NCBI RefSeq assembly: GCF_009914755.1
Contig: NC_060939.1
DNA: 64,000 nucleotides
Origin: the human T2T-CHM13v2.0 reference genome, Homo sapiens
Strand: one strand, 5' to 3'
Numbering within the stretch: the first letter of the stretch is position 1; each line of letters starts with the position of its first letter. Below, piece by piece: positions 14,886-27,518 of the stretch. The notes beneath the pieces were generated by a model that saw nothing but the letters and a program-made list of their open reading frames with translations, was not told the DNA's origin and did not search any database. Made by a program: the position numbers and the translations under genes.

Positions 14886-17190
14886 CTTGCCTTCTGTATT
14901 TCACTTCATTGAAGCTTTTGCAATAGCAAGTAAGCACACATACCATAATATAGAAAATATAACCAAATTAAAAACAAAGACCAAAGAAAACACAAATTCA
15001 AATATAAAGGCTAGATGGCCAATTGGAGCCTAGATCTGCTGGCCATGAGGCACCATAGAGTTAAAAGCTTTGAGACATAGATTTGACTGCTGCTTTTCTG
15101 GACCCACTCCTAAAAATGTGATAAATCAGCACACTATGGCGTTAGTAAACAAGTGAGTCCAGTCTGATGTTCACCCTTGTTAGAGCACGTTCATGGGGCT
15201 CCTAACACTCATTGTTTTTACTGAATACCTGAAGTAAAAACAAACCTAGCATTGCCCCTGAAATATTCTATTCCAAATAAAATGATAGTTAAGTGTGTGG
15301 CATATATCAGTTTATGCTAATTCTTCAATAATCTGACACTATCTAGCTGAAGTCATTGCCAAAAACATTTGAATGCACACATCTTAGAATTCCACACGTC
15401 CCTTTTTTATAAGTTAAGGTTATCCACTTAGAAGCACCAAAACTCTTTCACTGTAATCATTTTAATTGAGAGTAGAACTCGAATGAGTTGCCTGGAGCCC
15501 TTTCTTCTTAGACAAAGAACCCTGAATATATGTGATCTTTAATTAGGGCAGATACTGTTTACTGGTATCCTATTGATCCAGAACATCTGAATTTTTGTAA
15601 ATTTATATCTACTTTTCTTTTTTTTCCTGTCTTCTTTCTTACAAAGATCAACACTTAATTATTCAGCTAACATTTACCAAATGCCCCTGTTGATGGAACA
15701 TGGCACCAAGTGTTGGAGAACAGGCAAATCAATAGGTGCTTTGCCTGCAAGAATCGTATAGTCTAGTGTCAGCTTAGAAGAGAATCACAGCATGGAACGG
15801 ATTTTTGAGATCCTGTAGTGGTCTAGCATCTTATTTGACACATGGACAAACCAAAGACAAAGAAGATAAAGTCTTTACTGTCACTGAAAGAATGAAGCAA
15901 AGTCTCAGTTCTCTCCCAGTTCCCCATCTAGTGCCCTTACACTGGAGCTACCTTGATTCCACGCACAGAGTATGTTCTAACAGACACCACCTTCCAGGGT
16001 ATTATTCCTAATCTTTAATGAGCTGAAAAATAAGATGGACAAGCAAATTTAAATTGTGGCTTAAATAAAAGTAAATAGATTGCGAGTGAGAACCTGGCAA
16101 ACTGTTCTACTTATAAGGAGCTTAACCAGAGTGGACTTTGAGACCTCTGTTTTGGCTGCCGACACCTTTGTGTTTATTTTTGGCTCCCAGCTATTTTCCA
16201 AAGCATTGTGGTTACCAGAGAAATAAGCACTTCTCTACTGAAAGTGTGAACTCTTTTGTGAATGGCCTGTCTACTGAGTAGTCTCCTTAGTGTGGGTTGT
16301 TCTGGAGAATTCAGTATACACAGATGGTGCATTAATGAAAGAAGACTGTTTCTGAAAGTGAATGTTTAGGACTCTTAACTGAGTTGTTATTCTTGTAAAT
16401 AACTCTTGGGGCCATATTTTTTTCCCTGTGGTAAAATGTCTCAACTTGATACACAAAATAGCACTCAACACAAAAAATTTCATATGTAATCTAATATATA
16501 TTTGACAGAAACAATACAATAACTTGAATTTTTTAATCTCTGATCTCAATAACTTTTGTTACCTTAAATTTAATTTGAACTATAGTTAGTTGCATATATT
16601 TTAGTGATTAGACTAATCCCTTGAATTTTATTAAGGAAATTATAACATAGGCCATTTGAGTATATAAATTATAATATACTTGATAAAGTAAACTCTCATT
16701 AATAACATGTTATTAATTCAGCACAATCAATACACATTTTCTAATTTTTAAGGAAGAAACATATCTTTTCTCTTTCTCTAGCTTATTTTTTTTCAAATAT
16801 ACTGTAAATTAACAATACTAATCAGGATATTAACAGTACTAATCACAAAATATGTGAGAGCAGACTTTTTAAAGTACTCAGGAGCATTTTTAAAACTCTT
16901 ATTTACATCAAATATTGGCTAATGTAAAATCTTTTGTTCCTATTAATTTAAAAGATCTCTAGGGAAATGGACAAGGTGATACTCATTCAACCTTATGTGA
17001 GTTGCCAAGTTATTGAAACTAATAAATCAACGTCTTTTAAAATATTTTATAATTGAGACTTTTTACTAATACATACTGATGATAATTATTCTGGATTAGT
17101 AAGGATTTACTAAATTTGCAAATGTAAATACTTCCATATATATGCTACTTTAATCTGAGATAAATTATTCAAACAATATTGAATACTTAC

Positions 17191-17263
17191 AGCAACAAAT
17201 TGGTTATTTTCTAATTTAATGATGTCTCCCACTTTGACATTCATCCATTTTTCATTCTGCAGT
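17191..17263 (-). CDS. ATP8B4: ATP8B4 coding exon (73 nt, phase 2-0): (K)LQNEKWMNVKVGDIIKLENNQFVA
   Basis: Acceptor ttttgtttttag|ACT and donor GCT|gtaagt. A-domain W..V.VGDII motif. Phase matches the upstream exon across a ~27.9-kb intron. Confidence 0.97.
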
Positions 17264-20200
17264 CTAAAAACAAAAATAAAATTAATTTTCTTCAAGAATG
17301 AAGAATTGAAAGTATAACCAAGGGAATGTATTCACAATGTAGCATCATATAACAGAGGAAGCAGGCAAGACTTTCCTAGTATGTTAATTCAAAATGGTCT
17401 TACATTAACACGGGAACAAAGGCCCAGAGAGGTTAAGTGATTGGTCAAAGATACCCAGTGAGTTAGGGGTACTCCTGGGCTAAACTCAAATGCTAAACTC
17501 TTGGCTGAGCACTCTTTCCACCACCTATGGTGCCAGCTTTATGCAGCAGCTATGAAATCTCAATAAATTTTAGTCACTGACATTCTTTTCCAACTCGATT
17601 GATAAATACAGAAACATCATTGCCATTGCCTCAGAAGTCTATTTAACTGGAGGCAAAAAAGCAAAGGAGACAGTGGCAAGGTAGAGCAATAACTAAAATG
17701 CAAGTAAAAGGAAAAATATGTTAAACTCTGGAAAGGACAAGAACAACAAAGCATGATAAAAGAAGCCTTGGAAGACTGAATGAGAAGGACTACCTACAAA
17801 CCAGCACTGAGGCTGAAGGACAGGCTTGGTGGTATTCTAACAGGACAGCAGCTCAGAATAGAGAACAACACAGTCAACCTACTGCACTGCTTTCTGTGCA
17901 GGTCATGTATATGATGGAGCCCCAAGACCACCCTCCACCCAGTTCAAAGGGGTTTATTATGAAAAGCTATTGTGTCCATTGAATTTGGCCCCTGATGACA
18001 AGTTAGTCAGGGCTGTCCAAAACCAGACAGGCCCTCTGGATGCAGACCACCTGGGCCAGTATACCATGATGCTAATCATTCCTTCTGAAATTCCCTGAAA
18101 TGTAAACCAGCTTTGTTTTCCAACTTGGAAGTTTTCATCACATTTCTTTCTCAGAGATTCCCTTCTAAGAGAAAAGGTTGGGATGAGTAGAGCAGGTTTG
18201 CCCAACAAGTTGAGGTGGACAGGTTAATTTCATTGTACTTTAAAAAAAATAACCTAATTTACTTGTTTTATAGGCTGGAAAATAGTTTTAAATATTTATT
18301 CGACTGTGAAATATGCCTCACACTATCAACTCTGCTGGATCATTTGGCTTAAACACTCAAATAATTTTTCTTTAATACAGATCCAAGTACACGTTGTTCT
18401 GGAAATTTTTCAATTGCAGTATTTTCATCTCTAGCCAGAATTCAATCATTTTTCCAGTGCTACACTTTTCTGAACTTTAACTAGTTTGACAACAATAGAA
18501 GAACCTAGGAAGCCTTCTAAATCTCATTTATCTTTACAGGTATGAATTATGTGCTGGTTAATTTCTCCTAGAGACACCTCCTCTGGCACCTTAGTGACAC
18601 TTCTCAGCAAACAGCATCTTAGAAAAAATGGGCATGAGTGGACAGAGAAGGCTATTGTGTCATTTTTGGAAACTGCACTGCTACCAAATTGCCTTGAAGT
18701 CTCTACTGAAAGTGCACCTGTCTCAGGAAGAAGTCAAGATGATATTGCGTCTTATTTCCAAACTCTTATTCTTCCAACTTGTATAGCACAAGCTCTAGGA
18801 AGGATTATACAAGAAACAGTAGGCAGTAGTTCTGGATGTTGACGCCGAGCCTAGCACAATCCAAACTACTTCATCAATAACCTTTACAATGGACAATTGG
18901 ACACACTTTTCAGGTTTGTGGACAGAACCCTAACAAGAAGAAAGCACAGCCCTCACAAAGTAAGACCATGAGAGGAAATTGTCTTATGATTTGACAAAGT
19001 TATCAGAAACTGAACGAAGAGTAAGAAAAAGAAGCACAAAATAGGTTATTTTAAAGAGGAGAAAATAACACTCTACAAATGTAACTAGAGTTTACAGAAA
19101 AAGAGCCTGGAGATATTGGTAAACCATAGTCTGTGTGAGATGCCTTGCTTAACCTCTGATTTGAATATATCCCTGTAGAACAATCAGTGGGTACAATACA
19201 ATCAGAGGAGTTTTTACATTATCCCCTATTCTGTCTTAGCAAATATTAATATATATAACTGCACTTAACTAGGAACTCAGAGATACATCTAATGAGCACT
19301 AAGGATCATAGCAACAGAAGTACCCAAACTTGCTGAATAAGCATAAACTGATAAAGACCTATAAACAAATTTAAATAATCTATATTTTGAATCCAATCAT
19401 TTTTCTTGTCCTACCTACAACCACCACCACTGACAATAATACATAAAAAAAATCCCAGCAGAACTGGAGGGTCAGACAAAATGATTTGCTTTAAAACTCA
19501 TCTTCAAAATATTTCTAGACTTCTAAAATTTTAGCTTGTATGGTGATTGGGTTTTGTCACCAACTTGAAACATGAAAGCAGACACTCCCTGGCTCTACAT
19601 GTGTGATGCAGCTGTTCTCAGGGTTCATGTTTAAAGCAATCTTGCACCATAGCTCTTCTAGGGGGACATAGGATGGCCTTTTGGGCTGTGAAGGTGACAC
19701 TGGCTCCACAGACTCAGCACCTTCAAACTTTGCTTTTGCCATTGTCAAAAGGTGAAAACTCCTGTAGATGAATTGCAGTATATGAATATTCTGAAAAGAA
19801 AGGAGAAGTTATAAGATTTTAAAATGTGGCTCAATTTTCAGCATCATATAATTATTTCAGAGTATAAAACTCTGACATAATCTAGTTAATGCTTCTTAGA
19901 ATCCGTTTTTTTAAATACATATGGGATAATAAGATAGCCTTTACCTTAGCAAACTCACAAGTCAATTGCTAAATAAGCCAAAATCCAAGTAAAAAATTCA
20001 TAAAATTTAGATTCCAAAGGCACCATAAAACATACGGAGTTTAACTGCCACAGAACAGCAACTAGAATTATTTGAAGCAAATTTTTTAAAAATATGCCAC
20101 TATATATCTACTCTCAGAACTCTGAGTTCTAAGAAAAGGAGGTAAGAGATAGCAACTGCAACTAATAATTTTTGATAAACTGGTCTGAACCTGCTTCTTC

Positions 20201-20839
20201 CTGATGAGGCATAGCATACTAAGAGCTGCTAGACTTCACTGAAAATCTCCTTGAGAAAATGCAAGTCTGAGAGTGAGGTAGCACCTATCATGCTCCACGT
20301 CACTAGACTATTGCTTTCAGAAGCTGAAAATCAAGTGTTGACCTTAAGGAACACTTTTGGAAGCAATATTGCAAGTGCATTGCTAAAGCTTGAGAAACAA
20401 AAGAGGGGATTTTCAATGGGTTCATCAAGGTCATCCTTTCCATGTTCTAATGCTCCTGATTTCCCACCAGCAACATGGATTCCTGAAAAGGGGATTTCCT
20501 CACAAGCTACAGAAGTGTTGGGGTACTAGAGAGAGTAGATAATAAAGGTCAATATAATTGACCTCCCCAATTAACCAATCAATCCACTTAACCCTGAGCT
20601 TGGTTTCTTCTTTAATCTCAAGTACATGTCAGCCTTATAACACTCAAAAGTATTCCCTTGCTCATACACTTTTTTTGTTCACCACTCCATCCTGAGGACT
20701 TAGAATAATACCTAGTTCACAGCAGGCACTCAGTAAGTATGCAGTGAATGAATGATAAATAAATTAAGGAGTATAGAATCATTATTTCCAAAAACATTTG
20801 CTGAATGATAGCATTTGCCTGAATGTCTAATAAGAATTA

Positions 20840-21820
20840 TAGCATCCCATGTTTATTTAGTGCTTACTGCATTCCAGGGACTGTACTGATCCCTTCATGT
20901 ATAGAGCGCCAAATAAAATAAATAACACCTCAATTAAATTTGAATTTCAGATAAACAACAAATTATTTTTAGTATATATTCCATGAAATATTTGGGACAC
21001 ATTTATACAAAAACATTATTATTGTTTATCTGAAATCCAAATTTAAATAGAGTCTTATATTTTAATTTGCTACATCTGGCAACACTATTCATGTATCTTA
21101 TCTCATTTAATCCTCACAACAGCCCTAGAGATAGGTATTGTTTTGACTTCCATTTTACAGAATAGGACACTGAGGTTCATAGAAATTGAGATCTTTGCCT
21201 TATTTTGCAGTATCTATCAAAAGTTTAAATGACCACACACTTTGAAAACTGATCCTACAGGTACTCAAATATGAATGTACCAGGATATTTATTGCAGCAT
21301 TATTTGTAGCAGAAATTGATTAGAAGCCACGAAAATGTCCATCAATAGGAATTAGATAGATGTACAATGAAACACTTACTTAATCATGGTTCATTCACTC
21401 AATGGAATATAGTGCAGCCACTGAAAAGGATAAGGTAGGTCTATATGTGCTAATATGAAATATGCTGTAAGTTACATTATTAGGAAATGTAAAAAGAAGT
21501 AAGTGCATGTAGGATATATTATACATTTTTATAGGCATAGAAAATTTCTTGAAAGATACACAAGAAACTACTGTGGTTGACAATAGAGAAAGAAAATGAA
21601 GAGGGAAATTGGGATGGAAGAGAGACTTCGTTTCCATTTTACGTTCTTTTGTACTGTTTAAATTATTTGGCATTACACATATTAGTATTTTAATGGCCAA
21701 CTGAAAAGAAGAATAGAAGCAGAAAGAAGTAATAGAAGAAAACTTGGCCAAGGTCACATATAAGTGGCAGGTCTGGGACCAGAACCCAAGTTTGTCTGGC
21801 TACAAAGCCCATGCTCTTAA
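20840..21820 (-). mobile_element. MIR split by MER53 and by an old L1ME piece (approx. 21200-21690, + strand)
   Basis: Collinear MIR segments at 20840-20900, 21096-21200 and 21735-21820. L1 motifs (aaatgtccatcaatagg; atggaatatagtgcagcc) lie between them. Confidence 0.7.
20902..21087. mobile_element. MER53 palindromic hAT MITE
   Basis: Internal inverted arms (taaatttgaatttcagataaacaa / ttgtttatctgaaatccaaattta), end tctggcaacacta, and a perfect 8-bp TSD ttcatgta at 20894-20901 and 21088-21095. Confidence 0.9.
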
Positions 21821-22756
21821 TACATCTATATTTATTGTTGCTTTTTATTTCCCAGAGTAATTATGTATTACCTATATAGAAAAAGATTGGACCCTAAGGA
21901 GCTGAAAGGACCCAATCATGGCAACAGTGCACACTCCCAGCATTTAAAACCAGTTGATCCAAAGACAGCTTGCAATCATGATCCCCTGACACAAACACTC
22001 AGTGGACAGCAGCAGTTTCTGGTTCTTTTCAATCCCAGTACCATCAGAGCTGCGCTAGAGGAAAACATACAGCTTGGCCCTAATCCCCTAATAACAGACT
22101 GGTGAACAGGATCTCACTACGTTGAGAATGAACATAACGCTCATATCTTTGGAATCTATTTATTTTAAAGAATGCAGATGTTTCCCTTTTTCCTCCATTC
22201 TTCTTAGCAAAATGCTTATGCTGAGGCAAAATCACACAGGGAGGTCTCTGGTCAGCTGCTGAAGATGCTCTCTCACCAATTTTGCCAGGGAGGAGGGTGA
22301 AAATAAGAGATGATGAAAGATGTAGTGCTATAGCATGGAGAATTTAGTTTAACAATTTGCTGAGAAAAAGTAATCAATCTTACAGATGCCCTGCCTAATT
22401 TATATAAATCCTATTGTGCATTATTCAGATGCAGAAATAGACACACAATTTAGTCTTCCTATTTTGAAAACAAAATGATCAACTCACTAAGTTTTACCTG
22501 AACAATAAGCCTGCTGAATGTTTTACAGGAAATGTATTCTCTTTCATCATTTTCCTAAACTGAAACCCTTGCCCAAATGAGCCTCCTAAGACTCTATCTT
22601 CTGTAGATTCTTAGTAGGATTCTGTGAATAGATGGCTATAGATTATGAAGACACAGGAATTCAGAAGAAAATGATTTCAAAGAAAGACAATTCCATCTGT
22701 TCTCCCTTATGAAAGCTAGAGGAACTATCTTAGATTGACCATGGAGAAAACAGAGC

Positions 22757-23203
22757 TATTGGTCTAGGTTGGATTCCTGGGTAGTAGATTTAGAGGGAGC
22801 TTTATGTATAAGAGGTTGATTGGCAAGTTCTCTTGGGATTAACACCTGTAAGAGAGGAAAGAAGCACTGCTGGACAGAGGGAGCAGTTGGGCTGTTGATG
22901 TAGCCACAATGAAAGCCACAGCCAAGACCACGGAGAGCTCTGGAGCTCTGGAGCTGGAACAGGCCTTTACAATAGGATCAAGGGGACCAGGACTTTATAC
23001 CATGGCATGATTCAGTCATTGGATGCAGGATGACCCCAGAAAGGAGGAGTGTCCTTAAGGAAAACACTCTCGTCAGCCAAGGGCAATTCCCAGAGAGGAC
23101 TGCCAGCTGAAGGTTATATGTGGGCAGCACTCCTGACAGCTGGGAAAATATGTTCTGCAGTCCTAAGGGGGGATGTGGGTGGCACAGCAAAACATCCACT
23201 ACA
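22757..23203 (-). mobile_element. LTR16-like ERVL solo LTR
   Basis: Minus strand starts TGTAGTGGATG...GCCACCCACATCCCCCCTTAGGACTG; contains agagctctggagct motifs. Confidence 0.7.
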
Positions 23204-23280
23204 AACTGAGAGCCCATTCCCAGCTTTGCTATCAATATCTTCATGTATTTATAACATTCCCTTGAGGGGCAGTGGGCAGG

Positions 23281-23380
23281 GGAGGTCTCACTTTGTTGCC
23301 AAGGCTGGTCTTGAACTCCTGGCTTCAAGTGATTTTCCCGCCTCAACCTCCCAAAGTGCTGAGATTACAGGTGTGAACCA
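23281..23380 (-). mobile_element. Alu left-monomer fragment (FLAM/AluJ)
   Basis: ggctggtcttgaactcctggcttcaagtgat...cccaaagtgctgagattacagg. Confidence 0.85.
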
Positions 23381-24327
23381 ATATTCCTTTTTTAATTCTA
23401 AGCTCCACCTTTCTATCATTTCAATTTCAATACTATAAAGTTAATGCAGGCAAGCTGCCATGAATCTTTGTGCTTCCCCAATCCAAGTTTAAAACTTCTG
23501 GGGAAAACAAATCTGTAAAATATTAGGTCATCTGATTCACCTCCTTTGCCAACAGTACAATAAAGTTGGGAGATACATTTCTAGTACCTATCTATTAAAA
23601 ATATTCTACAGATAACCACCGACTATCTAACTATCCTAAGAACAATGTCTATAGGAAAAAATCACTGTTTCTGAAATCTTTCTTATATGAAGAACATATT
23701 TTGATTTAAAAAATGTACAATCACCTTAGCCCAAGTAGATCAACTATTTTCTTCATCTAAGTGGCCACATATTATTTTGAAAAATCAGAGAATTCACTCT
23801 TACTAAGCTTAATAGCAAATAATTATCCTCTTTTTGAAAAAAACAAATACCCCAAAAGAAGATAGTTTCCAATGGAAAAGAAAACCTGGATATCTTAGTT
23901 CCAGGATAAAAGGCCTATGTTATATTTTTTCATTGCCTCTAGTGATAGTCTCAATCAATTTGCCCATATAGAGCCAAGTGAAGAGATAACCTAATGTCTC
24001 TTAAACCAGAAAAAATATTGGCTGCCTTACATGTCAACTAATAATACAAGCCATAGCAACACAGACAAAGCGAAAGTGTTGCTCAATGGTGTGATGTGGT
24101 TTGTTCTGGCCAGAAAACCTAACATTCTGGAAATAGCATTTCTGATTTTACAGCACAAAGTACAATTAAAGGTATCACTGGAATATCAGGAGTTGATTTA
24201 CTTATTAGGTTTGCAGTAATACTGTCCCAGAACTTTTTAAGAAAATTTCAAGATGTCACTTCAAAATAAGTTGTAATGTTTATCATCCCTAGTTCCTCAA
24301 AAATGGGATAGCACATAAGTCGAATTC

Positions 24328-24633
24328 TTTTTTTTTCTTTTTTTTTTTTTTGAAACGGAGTCTCACTCTGTCATCCAGGCTGGAGTGCAGTGGCACCATC
24401 TTGGCTCACTGCACCCTTGACCTCCTGGGTTCAAACTATTCTCATGCCTCAGCAGCCTGAGTAGCTGGGATTACAGACATGCATCACCACACCTGGCTAA
24501 TTTTTGTATTTTTAGTAGAGACAGCGTTTCGCCATGTTGGCCAGGCTGGTCTTGAACTCCTGGCCTCAAGTGATCTGCCCGCCTCAGCCTCCCAAAGTGC
24601 TGGAATTACAGGCATGAGCCACCAAGCTTGGCC
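24328..24633 (-). mobile_element. Full-length AluS
   Basis: Poly-T followed by a dimeric Alu ending ggcc; gaattctt on both flanks. Confidence 0.95.
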
Positions 24634-26314
24634 CTAGAATTCTTAATGAGTTCATCACTGGCATATGCGGTATCATCACCCTGCATTAATGAGTTTAAGA
24701 CCACTCTTATGTGTACAAAATGACCCCTCTAATCTAGACACCATGCTGAGTGTCAGAGCTGCAAGTGGAATCAGATACAGACTGTGGTTATCAAAAAACC
24801 TGAAGACTAGTGGAAAAATATAAGTCTGGCTCTTAAATAACCACAACTAAACTATCTCTGTCTTCTGATACCCGGAGTATATGGATATCTTCCCGTCAAC
24901 AATGAAGAATACCTGCACTTCAGAATGACCTCAGTGTTAGATTGTTTGCCATATAGCTGTCATCAAAAGTCCAGTGAGAAAACTGATAGACCAGAAAGAT
25001 TGTCTAATAAAGGATATATTAACTTTCATTTCTCAAGATATTCCAAGCTTTGTCCCCATAAATGGTGAGCTCATCCGAAAACTATATGCCTGGACTGTAT
25101 TATTCTGGTCCCTCTAGGCTTGTCTTCTCAGAATCATAATTTAACATCACGTCAACAGATTTCAGTCAGGATTTATTTATAATCATGGGTAAAATATCTC
25201 TACTCTCTGAAGCTTCGACCATTATGTCACTTACATTTTTCTCAGGACCAGGATAAATCTTCTTCCTTACAATTACCAGAGTACTTCCTGTCATTAAACC
25301 CTCAGCTTTGTACCTTCAGCACCTTCATTATGAGGAGAAACAAAGTTCGAGTCAATGTAAATCCATGAATGACAAATCTTGATCGGTCATTTAAACAAAA
25401 ACCAGGAAATTTTATAGTAAGACTCTGTCCCTGTCCTTTGAGGATGACTTTTTAGGAACAATCTTGACACTTGCAGAAACCAAATTCTGTTGAGAATGGG
25501 CCAGAAATTGGAATTTAAATTTTACACCTTTAAAGAAGAGAATATTGGCCCCCTTGTTTATGAAGGAAATGATGTAGCATAGTAGAAGAGTACATGTTGT
25601 AGAACTGGAAAACATGCACTTGAGTCAAAGCTTCAGAACCAACCAGCCTTCAGGCAAGATATTGATTGAGACTGGAATTCTCTGCTATGACCTACCAAAA
25701 CCGGCTCTTATCAACCCCTCAGAATGTCTTTATTCAGAAAACTGAGGTCTTTGAAATGCCACAAACCCACCTAACATTTAAACACCTGTCTTTCATGACA
25801 TTTTTTACTTTCAGATGAAATAGATTCATTAAAGCATTTTGTAAACTGTAAAATAATATATACATTTAAAATACTGTGACTATTTTTTATTATTATGAAG
25901 CACCTCATTATAAGGATTGTACATTCTGATTTTGATTTCAAGTCTTCAAAAGAGCTATCTGCACTCACTTTCTCTACTTCTTGACTGTCCATGCTTTCTC
26001 CAATCAGGATTTTGTCTCCATCCTTCCAACTGCAATCTCTCTGGTCATCCTGTATGTTACTAAATCCAATGATCAGTTCTCAGTCTTCACTTTATTTATC
26101 ACAGTTGGCCACCCCCTCTTTCTTCAAACCTTTTCTTTGTTTTAATTCCAGAACATCCAAGTAGTTTTCCTCTTATTTCATTAGTCACTGCTTCTCACAC
26201 ACTTAGCCAGCCCTTTCTCTTTTGCCCATCTTCAAACTTTAGAGTGCCTGAGAGCTAGAGTTCCTCTCTCCACTATGTAGGGCCCAGAATCTTCATCCAA
26301 GGTGGCCAAATGAC

Positions 26315-26883
<569 letters not shown>

Positions 26884-27464
26884 TGATGACTTTTAAATTA
26901 TATCTTCAGCCCACACCTCTCCCCTAAGCTTCAGTAATGCATTCCTCTACAGAATGACTAATATCTTGATAGAATTCTGGTTTCCTAGACCAGGCAGAAA
27001 ACCACCACCACCACCACATGCTTCTTCCCCAGTTTTCTCCATCTTGGAACCTCAGCCAACAACTAGGTTTCCTGATGCCTCTCTTCATACCCACCCAGTA
27101 CACCAACATATTGCCTCTGCCCTCAAAATACATCTCAGTCTGTGGTTATTAGGTGATATTTATTAAGGTACTACTGCTATTTTGTCAAATGTAGTAATGG
27201 TAGTATGGCTAAATATATGTAAATCCTTATATGTTCAAGATAAATACTAAAGTATTGATAGATAACAGAATATGACATACAGGATTTGCTTTTAAAATAC
27301 CCCAGAAAATAAAATAATAAAAATTGATACAAAATAGCAAGAAGTATGCAAGTATACAAGAATAGCAAGTTGCTGCAGCTATGTAATACATAGAAAAGGA
27401 TTCATTGTACTGTTCTATTTGTGTGTGCATGTGTGTCTGAAAATCCATGAGTGATGGTGATTAT

Positions 27465-27516
<52 letters not shown>
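27465..27516 (+). repeat. (GATA)13 tetranucleotide STR
   Basis: Perfect 52-bp repeat, read directly. Confidence 0.97.
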
Positions 27517-27518
<2 letters not shown>

